Positions 18,575 to 29,231 of a DNA stretch of 64,000 nt are shown here, in pieces (position 1 is the first letter of the stretch; each line of letters opens with the position of its first letter). The stretch covers positions 1-64,000 of the forward strand of contig JBEIPA010000026.1 in assembly GCA_040377305.1 (NCBI GenBank). The letters are read 5' to 3'. The notes below the pieces were generated by a model. The model was not told the DNA's origin. It did not search any database and saw only the letters and a list, made by a program, of their open reading frames with translations. Source of the stretch: Flavobacteriales bacterium. GTDB taxonomy: Bacteria > Bacteroidota > Bacteroidia > Palsa-965. A program made the position numbers and the translations under genes.

Positions 18575-19999
18575 TTGAACACTCTCACCCGCTTCATATT
18601 CAGGTCCTACCTCCCGCCTTTCGCGCTTACGTTCGTGATTTCGGTATTCGTCCTGTTCATGCAGTTCCTCTGGAAATGGGTGGACGAACTCGTTGGCAAA
18701 GGTCTCGATTGGCACATTGTAACTGAGCTCTTCTTCTACGCTTCCATGTCGGTTGTACCGCTGGCCATTCCAATGGCGGTACTCTTATCCTCGCTCATGA
18801 CTTTTGGCAATCTGGCGGAACACTATGAGTTAGCTGCGCTTAAGTCATCGGGATTGTCGTTGATGAAGATCATGCGCCCATTGATTGTACTTGTAGTTGG
18901 GACCACAATCCTCGCATTCTTATTCTCGAATTACGTGCTTCCGTACACAAACCTGAAGATGTATTCCACACTCTTCGATATTCGACAACAGAAACCAGCA
19001 CTGAATATCAAAGAAGGAATTTTCTACAATGAGATTGAAGATTACAGTATCCGCATCAAGAAAATTGCCGCCGATAAGATCAATCTCGAGGATGTCATGA
19101 TCTACGACCACACGGAGCACATGGGCAACACGACGTTGACTATGGCAAAGAAAGGTCAGATGTTCATGACGGAGGACAAACGTTACCTCGTGATCAGCCT
19201 GCAGGATGGAATGTCGTACAAAGAGTACACGAACACCGCAAACGCAGCACAACGAAAACCCTTGATTCGCGCGAAGTTTGAAACTCAGCTTTTGCGTCTC
19301 GATCTTTCCGGCTTTCAGATGCAACGTACGGAAGAAGATCTGTTCAAAGACAATCACCAGATGTTGAATGGAGAACAGCTGCTGGAATACATTGATACGG
19401 TCAAAGACGAAATCATCAGAGACAAAATGATGTTCTATTCTTCCATACAAAGCGCTTATTTCTCACGAAGCAAAAGTTACTGGCAACTCGCCGATAGTCT
19501 CAAAATTAAGTCAGAGGGCAGCGATATATTCCCAACTTTCTCCAAAGAAGAAAAACTGCGTGTGTACGATAACGCGCTGAACACTGCACGTAACTGCAAA
19601 GCTTCGTCGGAATACAAAGTGAACGAAATTCAGGCGGAAGAGAAAAGCATTGTGCGTTTCGAAGTAGAATTCTGGAAGAAGTATTCACTGTCGTTCGCTT
19701 GTCTCATCATGTTTTTCGTGGGAGCACCATTGGGCGCAATTATCCGGAAAGGTGGATTGGGCTTGCCCGTTGTGTTCGCGGTGATCTTCTTTATTCTCTT
19801 CTGGATTGTGTCAATTACATTCGAGAAGCTCAGCCTCAAAAACACACTTCCACCTTATATCGGAATGTGGATGGGATGTGTTGTGTTTATACCGATTGCC
19901 TTTATGCTCACGAAGAAAGCCACTGCCGACGCCAGCCTGTTTGACGTTGACGGTATCTTTGCTTCCATACTGAAGTTCTTCAAGCGAAAATCGAAATAG
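18575..19999 (+). CDS. LptF/LptG family LPS export permease
   Basis: PMAVLLSSLMTFGNLAEHYELAALKSSGLS and FFVGAPLGAIIRKGGLG motifs; multiple TM segments; TTG start. Confidence 0.9.
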   Translation: MNTLTRFIFRSYLPPFALTFVISVFVLFMQFLWKWVDELVGKGLDWHIVTELFFYASMSVVPLAIPMAVLLSSLMTFGNLAEHYELAALKSSGLSLMKIMRPLIVLVVGTTILAFLFSNYVLPYTNLKMYSTLFDIRQQKPALNIKEGIFYNEIEDYSIRIKKIAADKINLEDVMIYDHTEHMGNTTLTMAKKGQMFMTEDKRYLVISLQDGMSYKEYTNTANAAQRKPLIRAKFETQLLRLDLSGFQMQRTEEDLFKDNHQMLNGEQLLEYIDTVKDEIIRDKMMFYSSIQSAYFSRSKSYWQLADSLKIKSEGSDIFPTFSKEEKLRVYDNALNTARNCKASSEYKVNEIQAEEKSIVRFEVEFWKKYSLSFACLIMFFVGAPLGAIIRKGGLGLPVVFAVIFFILFWIVSITFEKLSLKNTLPPYIGMWMGCVVFIPIAFMLTKKATADASLFDVDGIFASILKFFKRKSK

Positions 20000-20002
20000 G
20001 TT

Positions 20003-21208
20003 TTGGCACTACGCATCTTACAGCTCTGTAACAAACCACCACTACCGGCAATCGACGGTGGTGCGTTGGCTATGTGGCGTATGGCACAAGGACTGGCCGC
20101 TGAAGGACATGAAGTTTCAATCCTCAGTGTACACACGCTCAAACACCCATGGGCTCCGGAAAAAGTCGGAGAAGAAAACGTTCGTAAATACAAAATGGAT
20201 TCGGTGTACATCGACACGAGCGTTAAATGGTTGCCGGCATTTCTTTCCCTCTTCAAAACTTCGTCGTACAACATCGATCGCTTCTATAACCTCGGCTTTG
20301 AAGCAAGGTTGATCGAGTTGCTCACCCGAAGTCAATTCGACATTGTGCAACTCGAAAGCCTGTACATGTGTCCGTATATCGCGACTATACGACGGGTTTG
20401 TAAAGCGAAAATCGTACTTCGGGCACACAATACTGAAAGCGCTATCTGGCAGAAGAATGCAGATGACGAAACCGATCCGTTTAAGAAAATATGGTTTCGT
20501 GATCTTGCAGGTAAGCTGGAGCGTTACGAAGAACAGATTGTAAGCGAAGTAGACGCCATCATACCGATTACATTGGATGATGAACACCGTTTGCGCGTGA
20601 TGGCTAAACGTTCTGTTCCGATGCACACGTGCACGTTTGCGATGTACAACGATGCTCCTACATCAGGAAGTGTGACTGTTGATCCTATGTCCGTCTTTCA
20701 CATTGGAGCAATGGATTGGAAACCGAATCACGACGGAATTCACTGGCTGGTAAATGAAATCTGGCCGCTTGTGCTGAAGGAAATTCCGGAAGCAAAATTA
20801 CACCTTGCCGGAAAGAACATGCAGGTGCAGGAGTTCTCCGGTAAAACAGGAGTTGTTTCGCACGGAGAAGTGGACGATTCGAAAGCGTTTATGGCTCAAT
20901 ACAACATTATGGCCATTCCACTCAGAAGCGGCGGCGGTGTGAAAGTGAAAGTAATTGAAGGAATGTTTGCCGGAAAGGCGATTGTAACGACAAAAATTGG
21001 TTCAGAAGGAATTGCAATCCTGGACAATCAGGAATTTCTATTGGCGACCACTGCGGTGGAATTTGCTACACATCTTGTGACTTTGCTGAGAAACCCCAGG
21101 TTGGCATCGGAATTAGGGCAGAATGCTCAAAAATGTGCGTTGGAAAATCACGAATTATCCCGCGTGACTAAAAAATTATCGGATTTTTACACCACCATTC
21201 TCCGGTAA
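20003..21208 (+). CDS. Glycosyltransferase family 4
   Basis: DGGA N-terminal motif, RAHNTE, GAMDWKPN and PLRSGGGVKVKVIEGM. Confidence 0.88.
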   Translation: MALRILQLCNKPPLPAIDGGALAMWRMAQGLAAEGHEVSILSVHTLKHPWAPEKVGEENVRKYKMDSVYIDTSVKWLPAFLSLFKTSSYNIDRFYNLGFEARLIELLTRSQFDIVQLESLYMCPYIATIRRVCKAKIVLRAHNTESAIWQKNADDETDPFKKIWFRDLAGKLERYEEQIVSEVDAIIPITLDDEHRLRVMAKRSVPMHTCTFAMYNDAPTSGSVTVDPMSVFHIGAMDWKPNHDGIHWLVNEIWPLVLKEIPEAKLHLAGKNMQVQEFSGKTGVVSHGEVDDSKAFMAQYNIMAIPLRSGGGVKVKVIEGMFAGKAIVTTKIGSEGIAILDNQEFLLATTAVEFATHLVTLLRNPRLASELGQNAQKCALENHELSRVTKKLSDFYTTILR

Positions 21209-22446
21209 TGAGCGAAAAGCAAAAATTACTTTTCATCACATCACGTGTTCCATGGCCTCTTGAAAAAGGCGACAAGTTACGTGCGTATTACCAGTTGCGT
21301 GAACTTTCGAAACGATTCGACATTACGTTAGCGTGCATCAATGAATCAACACTTCATCCTGCGGCAGAACAAAATCTGAAAAAGTATTGCAGCGAAGTTC
21401 ATTTCTTCTACATGAGTCGTGGAGAAATGTTCATGAATATGCTCGCCGGAGTTTTTTCGAAAATGCCCATGCAGGTTGCGTGGTTCTATTCGAAAACGGT
21501 GCAGGAAAATATTGATCGTCTCATCGGGAAAGTGCAGCCTGACCGCATTTACTGCCAGCTCATTCGCACGGCCGAATACGCACGCAAACACACAAACATT
21601 GTTCGCATTGTCGACTACATGGACGTGTTCTCGAAAGGAATGGATCGTCGCATAGACAAAGTGAACATTCTCAAGAAACCGGCATTTTATTTCGAGATGC
21701 AACGGGTTGCGCGCTACGAAGCCGACATCTTCAAAGAGTTCAACCGCCACACGATTATTTCGACGCAGGACCGCGATCTCATGCCGGTACGTCGCCCTTC
21801 TGAAATTGCTGTAATTCCCAATGGAGTCGACATCAATCACTTTCATCCGCTTCATCGCCACAAGGAATACGATCTGCTCTTCAACGGGAACATGAACTAT
21901 CCGCCGAACGTGGAAGGTGCTGTTTTCCTTGTCAAGAAAGTATTGCCGCTTGTTCTCGAAAAATATCCCGCAGTGAAAGTGTTGATCTCCGGATCAAATC
22001 CAAGTGCCCGGGTTCGCGCGCTCGCTGGTCCGAACGTAACCGTAACAGGTTGGGTGGACGATATCCGTGAAAGCTTTGCCCGCTCGAGAATACTTGTTGC
22101 TCCGATGCGTTCGAGCATAGGATTACAGAACAAGTTGCTCGAAGGAATGGCCATGCGTATTCCATGCGTAACCACTCCCCTTTCGAACAACGCGCTGCAG
22201 GCTCAGCCCGGAAAAGAAATTATGGTTGCTGAAACCGAAGAAGATTTCGCTGCGGCAATCATCAAATTAATTTCTCATCCCGAGCTTGCCGTTTCAATCA
22301 GCGACGACGCCTGGAAATTTGTGCGTGACTATTATGCCTGGGAACCCATTTGTGAGCGACTCGCAAACTTCATTGCGGCAGACGAGAAAAAATCGCTGAA
22401 AGAACAAGCCGAAGCTCAGGCAGAAACGGAATCCGGAGCGGAATGA
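21208..22446 (+). CDS. Glycosyltransferase family 4
   Basis: SRVPWPLEKGDKLR, GNMNYPPN and APMRSSIGLQNKLLEGMAM motifs; start overlaps the upstream stop. Confidence 0.88.
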   Translation: MSEKQKLLFITSRVPWPLEKGDKLRAYYQLRELSKRFDITLACINESTLHPAAEQNLKKYCSEVHFFYMSRGEMFMNMLAGVFSKMPMQVAWFYSKTVQENIDRLIGKVQPDRIYCQLIRTAEYARKHTNIVRIVDYMDVFSKGMDRRIDKVNILKKPAFYFEMQRVARYEADIFKEFNRHTIISTQDRDLMPVRRPSEIAVIPNGVDINHFHPLHRHKEYDLLFNGNMNYPPNVEGAVFLVKKVLPLVLEKYPAVKVLISGSNPSARVRALAGPNVTVTGWVDDIRESFARSRILVAPMRSSIGLQNKLLEGMAMRIPCVTTPLSNNALQAQPGKEIMVAETEEDFAAAIIKLISHPELAVSISDDAWKFVRDYYAWEPICERLANFIAADEKKSLKEQAEAQAETESGAE

Positions 22447-23210
22447 GAACTGCATCGGGATTTCTGATTGCTGTCCTTTTTGCTCTTGGAGTTTCATGTG
22501 GTCCGAAAACAGATACAACTGAGCAAGAAGGCCCAGGAAAGTATCCTCCTCTTAAATCATACATGCTCGATTCTTCTGCCACGGTTGATTCACTCGAGCT
22601 GGTGTTCTACATTCCTGTGAACGCATACCCGGCACTAACAACAACACGTCCGTTGAGGTCAGACTCAAGTGTAGTTTTCGTTTGCGCAGCTGCATTTACA
22701 TTACTGGAAAATGATGCCATCGACGGACTTTTCATTGACGGTGGAAAGATTGAAGTGAAATGGGTTAATCACTCCCTCGGTGGAGGAATTGTACTTCCGG
22801 AAAAAACTTCCAACGCCAGACCGAATATTTTCGGAACTGATATGGGAGAGAAACTGGACAGCACATTCAAAGATTCTATCTGTTCTATGCAGGCATCATT
22901 CTTCCAGCAAATACAACTGGTGCGGGCCGGGAAAGCATTGCGTTTCCAACGGGAGTTCAGTCGCTTTCAACGAAGAGCACTTTGCATGTACCATGGAGAA
23001 TTAGTTGTTGTAGAATCCGTTTCGGGCTGTACCATGCAAAAGTTCGCCGATGTGCTCGAAAGTTGCGGCATTCCGAATGCGTTGTATGTCGACATGGGAA
23101 GTTGGGACGAAGGTTGGTACCGAAAGGTTCAACATCAACAGCCAACAATAGGTTTGCTCCGTAGCGAAACCGATCGCCAGTCGAATTGGTTCGTTTTTAG
23201 AGGGAAATAG
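22443..23210 (+). CDS. Lipoprotein, possibly phosphodiester glycosidase (NAGPA)-like
   Basis: Lipobox VSC. AAAF...DGLFIDGG, QRRALC and NALYVDMGS loosely echo NAGPA-like motifs. Confidence 0.5.
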   Translation: MRTASGFLIAVLFALGVSCGPKTDTTEQEGPGKYPPLKSYMLDSSATVDSLELVFYIPVNAYPALTTTRPLRSDSSVVFVCAAAFTLLENDAIDGLFIDGGKIEVKWVNHSLGGGIVLPEKTSNARPNIFGTDMGEKLDSTFKDSICSMQASFFQQIQLVRAGKALRFQREFSRFQRRALCMYHGELVVVESVSGCTMQKFADVLESCGIPNALYVDMGSWDEGWYRKVQHQQPTIGLLRSETDRQSNWFVFRGK

Positions 23211-23390
23211 GCGCATTTTAGCAGATTTCCACGTGCCCTCCATTGAGAGTTAGAAAAGAGAGGGAATCTGAGAAGACGAAATACCGCCAAAATCCGGCCA
23301 GAACCTCCTGTAAATCTGATTATTAGCCCTGAGTCGGAACCATATTATATGTACATTGTTTGGATATTTGGTCCTCAACCCTCAAGGATA

Positions 23391-23744
23391 ATGAACAAAC
23401 TGGCTCTAGTATTTCTGATTGCGATTGCATGTTACTCGTTCACTGGAACGCGTACTTGGGTAATCGTAAATCCCGAAACAGTTACTGATATTGCTCCTTA
23501 CGAAGAAGCATTGTCCAAATCAAGTCTCGATAAGTATCGTTACAAAGACAAGCGCTATGTAATGCACTTCGAGAACGGACTGAACATTGAATTACTCTCT
23601 GCAAACGAACTCGACGCGCAGGGAATTTCATACAAAGCAGATCACATCCGAACTGAAGAACCTGCGTTCGATACGAAACCGGTTTATCGTCTAACTCCCG
23701 ATGGAATCTTAGTAGAAGTTCAAACCCGAACCAAAGTAAAGTAA
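23391..23744 (+). CDS. Small secreted hypothetical protein
   Basis: ATG 23391 gives a signal peptide (MNKLALVFLIAIACYSF); ends 6 bp before the T9SS protein. Confidence 0.7.
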   Translation: MNKLALVFLIAIACYSFTGTRTWVIVNPETVTDIAPYEEALSKSSLDKYRYKDKRYVMHFENGLNIELLSANELDAQGISYKADHIRTEEPAFDTKPVYRLTPDGILVEVQTRTKVK

Positions 23745-23750
23745 CCCCCG

Positions 23751-26700
23751 ATGAACAACTTTACACGATTACTTGCGGTTATTGCCTTCTCGACACTGAG
23801 TACATTTTCGTTTGCACAGGTTGCTAACGACGATTGTTTCGGTGCACAAGCTTTAGGAACGCTAGGCACTCCTGCTCCATGTCCAAGTGGAATTGGTGCG
23901 GTTTCAACATTCAACAATCTCACGAATGTGAACTCCGTTACTGAAATGCCATACACCACATTGATCAATTGTCAGCCTGCGAATAACCCGATGGCTTCTC
24001 CGGCAACTGATGTTTGGTATTCGTTTGTTAATTCAGGTAATGAGTTGAACATTACGATCAACGGAAATATCACGAATCCAAACATTGCTGTTTATCAGGG
24101 TGGTTGCGGAGGATTGATCGGACGTGGTTGCGCAATCGGTGCTGCCGGTTCACTCACTGCGAACTTCGATCAAATGGTTCCGGGACAAACGTATTACATT
24201 CAGGTTTCGGGAGGCAATCCTGCAGATCAGGGAACTTTCACGATGACGTTGCAGAACATCAACAACTGTAGCGATTGTTTGTTGTCGTCGAGTCTTACTG
24301 TGAATCCGCTTCCAACGAATGGAACATATCAGGGAGGTACAACAGTTACTTTCTGTTACACCATCACCGGTTGGGATCAACAGAATACAAATTGGTTGCA
24401 CGCAGTTATTCCAACATTCGGAAACGGATGGGATTTAACTACACTCACCAATCTTCAGGGTGCTGCAACTTGTGATGGCGGTCCGGGAGTTTGGTCCTGG
24501 TTTAACAACGTGAACACTCCGAACGGAAATGGAATTCTCACCGGATTTTTCTTCGATGGAGATATTGTACAGGGCGGACCAAACGGAAATCCTACCGACA
24601 ACTTCGGCGATAACTGTCAGGGTGTTGTGAACTGGACGTTCTGTTGGACAATCACAGCGAAAGATTGTCCTCCGGGACAACAAGGTGATGACCTTGGAAT
24701 TATCATTGACACGTATGGTGATGGAGAAACAGGAAACTGGACGAACCTCGCTTGTGTGAGCGATCCTGTTTTCCAGTTCAACGCATCACTCAGTTGTTGT
24801 GCACCTCCACAATTGATACAAACGAACGTTACTTGCTTCGGTGGTAACAATGGAAGTGCAACTGCAACCGCAGTTGGCGTTGGCCCGTTTGATTTCGTTT
24901 GGACAGATGCTGGCGGTAACACCGTTCACCAGGATTTGGGCAGCATGACTCCAAGTACTGCAACCGGATTATCAGCAGGCTCATACACTGTTACAGTTAC
25001 GGATAACAACGATGGCTGTGTTACAACTTCGGTTGTGACAATCACGCAACCAACTCAGTTGCAAGTTCTCATCAGCTCAACTCCGGCTTCATGCAACCAA
25101 ACAAACGGTACTGCAACAGCAACTCCGCAAGGTGGTGTAAGTCCGTATGACTTTGTGTGGACCGACATCAATAACGTACAGTTACAGGTTGCGAATAACG
25201 TTGCGGGCTCAAACACATTGAACAACCTCGCCGCCGGCACTTACAATGTGGTGGTGACTGATGCGAATGGATGTCTCGCAAACGTTTCCATCATCGTTCA
25301 GGGCGTACCGGGTAACCTTGCGAACACCATTGCAAGTACATCTGAAACCTGCTCCGGAGATTGCGATGGAACAGCCACTGTTAACGTCAACGGAGGTACA
25401 GGTCCTTATGGTTATTTGTGGAGTCCAAACGCGGCAAATCAGGTTACACCAATGGCTTCTAACCTCTGTCCCGGCACTTACACTGTAGTTTTCACTGATG
25501 CGAATCAATGTACTGACAGCGCGACAGTTACTGTTACAGGTCCGCCTGCTGTTACAGCGAATGCTTCAGCGAATCCAACCACGATTTGTATTGGTCAAAG
25601 TTCAACGCTAAATGTCATTCCAGGTGGTGGTTCAGGAGCCGGATATACGTTCGCCTGGCTACCAGTTGGTGGTAATGCACAGAGTCCGGTTGTGACACCG
25701 GTAGTGACTACCACGTACACCGTAATCGTAACAGATGGCAATGGATGTTCATCTCCACCAGCAACAGTAACAGTGACCGTTAACCCTGCTTTGACTGCGC
25801 TATTGGTTGCAGCTCCAAGTCCAATTTGTGCCGGAGGAAATGCAACATTGACCGCTACACCGGGTGGCGGAAACGGTGGACCATACACCTACTCGTGGTT
25901 GCCCGTTGGTACAGCTGGAAATACTCCGACTGCCGTAGTAACTCCAACTGTAACGACAACCTACACCGTGACTATCGATGATGGATGTACAACTCCACTG
26001 GCGACAGCTACTGTAACGGTGGTTGTCAATCCGAATCCACAGCCTGCATTTGCTGGCGGAACTTCGGGTTGTGCGGAGCATTGTGTAACATTTACCACTC
26101 CGAATAATCCGACCTGGACAACCTGTTCATGGCTCTTTGGTGATGGAGGTAACACAACCGGAGATTGTAATCCGGCTTACTGTTACGATACACCAGGAAT
26201 CTACGACGTTACGCTCACCGTAATTGACGCAAACGGCTGCACAGGCACAATCACGATGCCAGCATACATTGAAGTTTATCAGAATGTAGTTGCTGACTTC
26301 TCCGCAAGTCCACAGCCAACCACAATCTTCAATACAGGCATTCAGTTCACTGATTTGTCGACAGGAAGTCCAACACAATGGACCTGGTATTTCGGTTATC
26401 CACTGACACTCGACAGCAGTAACGTGCAGCATCCCATGTATGACTTCCCGAATGACGAACCTGGTTGCTATGAAATTGTGCTTGTAGCAAACAACGCGAA
26501 CAATTGTCCGGGAGTCGACACGCAAACGGTTTGCATCGATCCGGAGTTCACCATCTTCTTCCCGAATGCATTCACACCAAACGAAGATCTTGTCAACGAC
26601 GGATTCATTGGTGTAGGTGAAGGCATCAAGAAGTATGAGATGTGGGTATTCGATCGCTGGGGTAATATGATTTACTACACCGACGACATGTACAAACCCT

Positions 26701-26819
26701 GGGATGGAAAAATTCAAGGTGAAATGTGTCAGATCGATGTTTACGTCTGGAAGTGCAACGTAACCGATGTGTTCGACAAGAAGCACAAGTTCATTGGACA
26801 CGTGAGTCTGATCCGTTAA
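23751..26819 (+). CDS. T9SS type B CTD protein with SprB-like repeats and PKD domains
   Basis: Signal peptide; DVWYSF module; CFGGNNGSATA...LSAGSYTVTVTD repeats; PKD; C-terminal FPNAFTPNED...FDRWG...WDG...GHVSLIR. Confidence 0.9.
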   Translation: MNNFTRLLAVIAFSTLSTFSFAQVANDDCFGAQALGTLGTPAPCPSGIGAVSTFNNLTNVNSVTEMPYTTLINCQPANNPMASPATDVWYSFVNSGNELNITINGNITNPNIAVYQGGCGGLIGRGCAIGAAGSLTANFDQMVPGQTYYIQVSGGNPADQGTFTMTLQNINNCSDCLLSSSLTVNPLPTNGTYQGGTTVTFCYTITGWDQQNTNWLHAVIPTFGNGWDLTTLTNLQGAATCDGGPGVWSWFNNVNTPNGNGILTGFFFDGDIVQGGPNGNPTDNFGDNCQGVVNWTFCWTITAKDCPPGQQGDDLGIIIDTYGDGETGNWTNLACVSDPVFQFNASLSCCAPPQLIQTNVTCFGGNNGSATATAVGVGPFDFVWTDAGGNTVHQDLGSMTPSTATGLSAGSYTVTVTDNNDGCVTTSVVTITQPTQLQVLISSTPASCNQTNGTATATPQGGVSPYDFVWTDINNVQLQVANNVAGSNTLNNLAAGTYNVVVTDANGCLANVSIIVQGVPGNLANTIASTSETCSGDCDGTATVNVNGGTGPYGYLWSPNAANQVTPMASNLCPGTYTVVFTDANQCTDSATVTVTGPPAVTANASANPTTICIGQSSTLNVIPGGGSGAGYTFAWLPVGGNAQSPVVTPVVTTTYTVIVTDGNGCSSPPATVTVTVNPALTALLVAAPSPICAGGNATLTATPGGGNGGPYTYSWLPVGTAGNTPTAVVTPTVTTTYTVTIDDGCTTPLATATVTVVVNPNPQPAFAGGTSGCAEHCVTFTTPNNPTWTTCSWLFGDGGNTTGDCNPAYCYDTPGIYDVTLTVIDANGCTGTITMPAYIEVYQNVVADFSASPQPTTIFNTGIQFTDLSTGSPTQWTWYFGYPLTLDSSNVQHPMYDFPNDEPGCYEIVLVANNANNCPGVDTQTVCIDPEFTIFFPNAFTPNEDLVNDGFIGVGEGIKKYEMWVFDRWGNMIYYTDDMYKPWDGKIQGEMCQIDVYVWKCNVTDVFDKKHKFIGHVSLIR

Positions 26820-26917
26820 TTCGAAGATTCGATATTTGAAGATTCGAAGATTCTGGGCGTGTTAAACCTAACACCAACAGAATTTTCAAATATTCGAATT
26901 TTCAAATTTTTCGAATC
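26819..26917. repeat. Inverted pair of octamer arrays (ATTCGAAG type)
   Basis: Arrays at 26819-26852 and 26881-26917. Confidence 0.8.
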
Positions 26918-26933
26918 GTACATTTGTAGTGCT

Positions 26934-27437
26934 ATGTCCACCCAAACCCTCATTCTCAACTCCAAACAAATCTCCCAGCGACTCAATCGTTTGGCGTGGC
27001 AGGTTTATGAGCAATGTTCGGATGAGCAGGAAATTATTCTGGCCGGCATCGGGAAAAACGGATTTGCGCTGGCACAACGAATTGGTAAGCTCGTAGAAGG
27101 AATTTCACCGCTTTCCGTTCGCGTTACTCGCGTGGAGTTGAATAAGGATCAACCACTTGACCATCCTATTTCGATTGAAGTCGACGCATCCGAATGCGAA
27201 GACAAAACCGTGCTTGTGATTGACGATGTTTCCAATTCGGGCAAGACACTAATGTATGGCGTAAAGCCTTTTCTTGAATTCCCGGTTCGTTCCATTCTCA
27301 CTTTGGTCCTCGTCGACCGCGACCACAACCGTTATCCGGTGAAAACCAATTTCGTCGGTCTATCTCTCGCCACCACACTTCAGGAGCATATTTCTGTGGT
27401 GTTGGATGACAAGGGAGACTCGGTGACGCTGGATTAG
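26934..27437 (+). CDS. Phosphoribosyltransferase, PyrR-like
   Basis: PRPP-binding VLVIDDVSNSGKTL, plus LVDRDHNRYPV. ATG 26934 follows a TACATTTG box. Confidence 0.85.
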   Translation: MSTQTLILNSKQISQRLNRLAWQVYEQCSDEQEIILAGIGKNGFALAQRIGKLVEGISPLSVRVTRVELNKDQPLDHPISIEVDASECEDKTVLVIDDVSNSGKTLMYGVKPFLEFPVRSILTLVLVDRDHNRYPVKTNFVGLSLATTLQEHISVVLDDKGDSVTLD

Positions 27438-27749
27438 TTGTCGGTTTCCGGTTCTCAGTTCTCGGTTCTCAGTTTGGGACTTAAACGCCTTTGCGGTCGT
27501 TTGCGTCGGAGCCTGACTTGAACTTCGTCGAAGGCAGACTTTATCGTTTATCGACCAAAGAGATTCCGGTTCTCACAACAAAGGCGGAATATAGAGTCTC
27601 ACATTGGTCGTGCCGTTCTCATGGAACTAAAACCACCCCTTTTTGAACGCGATAAAATGTTCAACGCTCAACGCACAATTCTCAATGTCCATTGGGACGG
27701 GCAAGTACTCACATGAGGTTCGAATAATCCCAAGTGCTTGTAAATGAAG

Positions 27750-27773
27750 AATGGCTGTCTTTCGACAGCCATT
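27750..27773 (-). terminator. Terminator hairpin downstream of tRNA-Lys
   Basis: AATGGCTGTC-TTTC-GACAGCCATT perfect stem. Confidence 0.75.
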
Positions 27774-27780
27774 TTATCAG

Positions 27781-27853
27781 TGATCCCGCTGGGATTCGAA
27801 CCCAGGGCCCCTACATTAAAAGTGTAATGCTCTACCAGCTGAGCTACGGAATC
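27781..27853 (-). tRNA. tRNA-Lys(TTT)
   Basis: Minus strand GATTCCGTAGCTCAGCTGGTAGAGCATTACAC-TTT-TAATGTAGGGGCCCTGGGTTCGAATCCCAGCGGGATCA, 73 nt, cloverleaf, CCA not encoded. TATCTTTG box at 27881-27888. Confidence 0.97.
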
Positions 27854-28003
27854 AACAAACGTTCCTTCGAAACGCGGGTGCAAAGATACTATCCTATTGG
27901 AATTGCCAAAATAGTTTATCCACAATTTTTACAATAGATTGCGCATATCTCTTTTCGATGAAAATGTGAATTGATTGGATTAATTGCAACATTTGTCGAA
28001 CCC

Positions 28004-28438
28004 ATGGAAGCTCGGTTAAAACAAGGATTCGGTCCGATAGATTTCGGATGTTCACAAGATGAGTGTCGGAAGCACTTCGGAGAGCCCGACGAGAAAGAAA
28101 ATCTCGAAGGACTTGACGGCGTAGATTCTGAGGTTTGGCATTATTGGGATCGTGGGTTTTCATTGTTCTTTGACCCGGCTTATGAATCAAAATTCTGTTG
28201 TGTGGAAGTCGACGAAACGTTTCCACTGCAGATGTTTGGTCATCTTGTCTTTGGAAGAAAAGAACAGGAGTTCACAGCGACGATGAAAGAAAAAGGTCAT
28301 GTTGTTTCAGATCAGGAGCAACACGAATGGGGCGAGAAACGCCTCACCTTCGACGACATCTTTGCTGACTTTTATTTTGAAAAAGGAATTCTTGTTTCTG
28401 TCAACTACAGCGCGCCAATCGGGGATCTAACTAAGTAA
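28004..28438 (+). CDS. Hypothetical protein
   Basis: Acidic 144-aa ORF (GFGPIDFG...FGEPD...WHYWDRGFSLFF) upstream of aroK. Confidence 0.7.
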   Translation: MEARLKQGFGPIDFGCSQDECRKHFGEPDEKENLEGLDGVDSEVWHYWDRGFSLFFDPAYESKFCCVEVDETFPLQMFGHLVFGRKEQEFTATMKEKGHVVSDQEQHEWGEKRLTFDDIFADFYFEKGILVSVNYSAPIGDLTK

Positions 28439-28457
28439 ATAACTTCAAAATTATACT

Positions 28458-28988
28458 ATGAGAATTTTTCTGATTGGATTTATGGGTGCCGGAAAGTCGG
28501 AGCTCGGTAAGGGATTGGCGGCAGAACTTGGTTTGAAATTCATCGATCTGGATAAAGAGATCGAGAAGCATTTGGGCAAAGATGTAGCTGCAATTTTCGC
28601 GAGCGAGGGAGAAGATGTTTTTCGCGATACAGAATCACAAAAACTTGCGGAAGCAATTGAAGGTGATGATTTCGTAATGGCAACAGGTGGCGGAACTCCT
28701 TGCTTTGGCGACAACATGCAGCAGATGAACGAATCAGGAACTACGATATATCTGAAGATGAGCACTGATCATCTTGTGCAGCGTCTCGAGCCGGAAAGCG
28801 AAACACGTCCTTTGCTTGGTGGCAAAAAAGGCCACGAACTTTGGACTCTTGTTCACGAACTTCTTCAGGTGCGTGAGCCGGATTATCTTAAAGCAAACTA
28901 CAAAGTAAAAGGTTGGGATCTGAAGAGCTCCGAGCTCGCTGAATTCCTTCGCTTGTATGAAGTAGTTCCTTCTGATGAAGAGGAATAG
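28458..28988 (+). CDS. aroK: Shikimate kinase
   Basis: IFLIGFMGAGKS P-loop, DLD, GEDVFRDTE, ATGGGTPC and RPLL motifs. Confidence 0.95.
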   Translation: MRIFLIGFMGAGKSELGKGLAAELGLKFIDLDKEIEKHLGKDVAAIFASEGEDVFRDTESQKLAEAIEGDDFVMATGGGTPCFGDNMQQMNESGTTIYLKMSTDHLVQRLEPESETRPLLGGKKGHELWTLVHELLQVREPDYLKANYKVKGWDLKSSELAEFLRLYEVVPSDEEE

Positions 28989-29008
28989 ACTTCAGTAATT
29001 ATCAAACG

Positions 29009-29035
29009 AATGGCTCCCGGATGGGGGCCATTTTT
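29009..29035 (+). terminator. Intrinsic terminator after aroK
   Basis: AATGGCTCCC-GGAT-GGGGGCCATT followed by Ts. Confidence 0.8.
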
Positions 29036-29231
29036 ATTTGTAAAAATGTGGTTGGTGCGAACGTTACCCTCCAAGTCACTACAATATTATCAGACCTAAT
29101 ACAACAATATTCCACATTTCGATATTTATACATTTCCGCACGACGCTTCTAATTAATATCAAGAAATTATGGGAATGTATTTTTTGAGTTCGCATTCTAC
29201 TTCTCATTCCACCGCGTACTATATTTGCTTA

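Noticed and set aside
26127-26801. Long antisense or alternate-frame ORFs (e.g. 26127-26801, 1773-2360, 2737-3297, 18920-19450)
   Set aside because: They lie entirely within well-supported genes and show no recognisable motifs.
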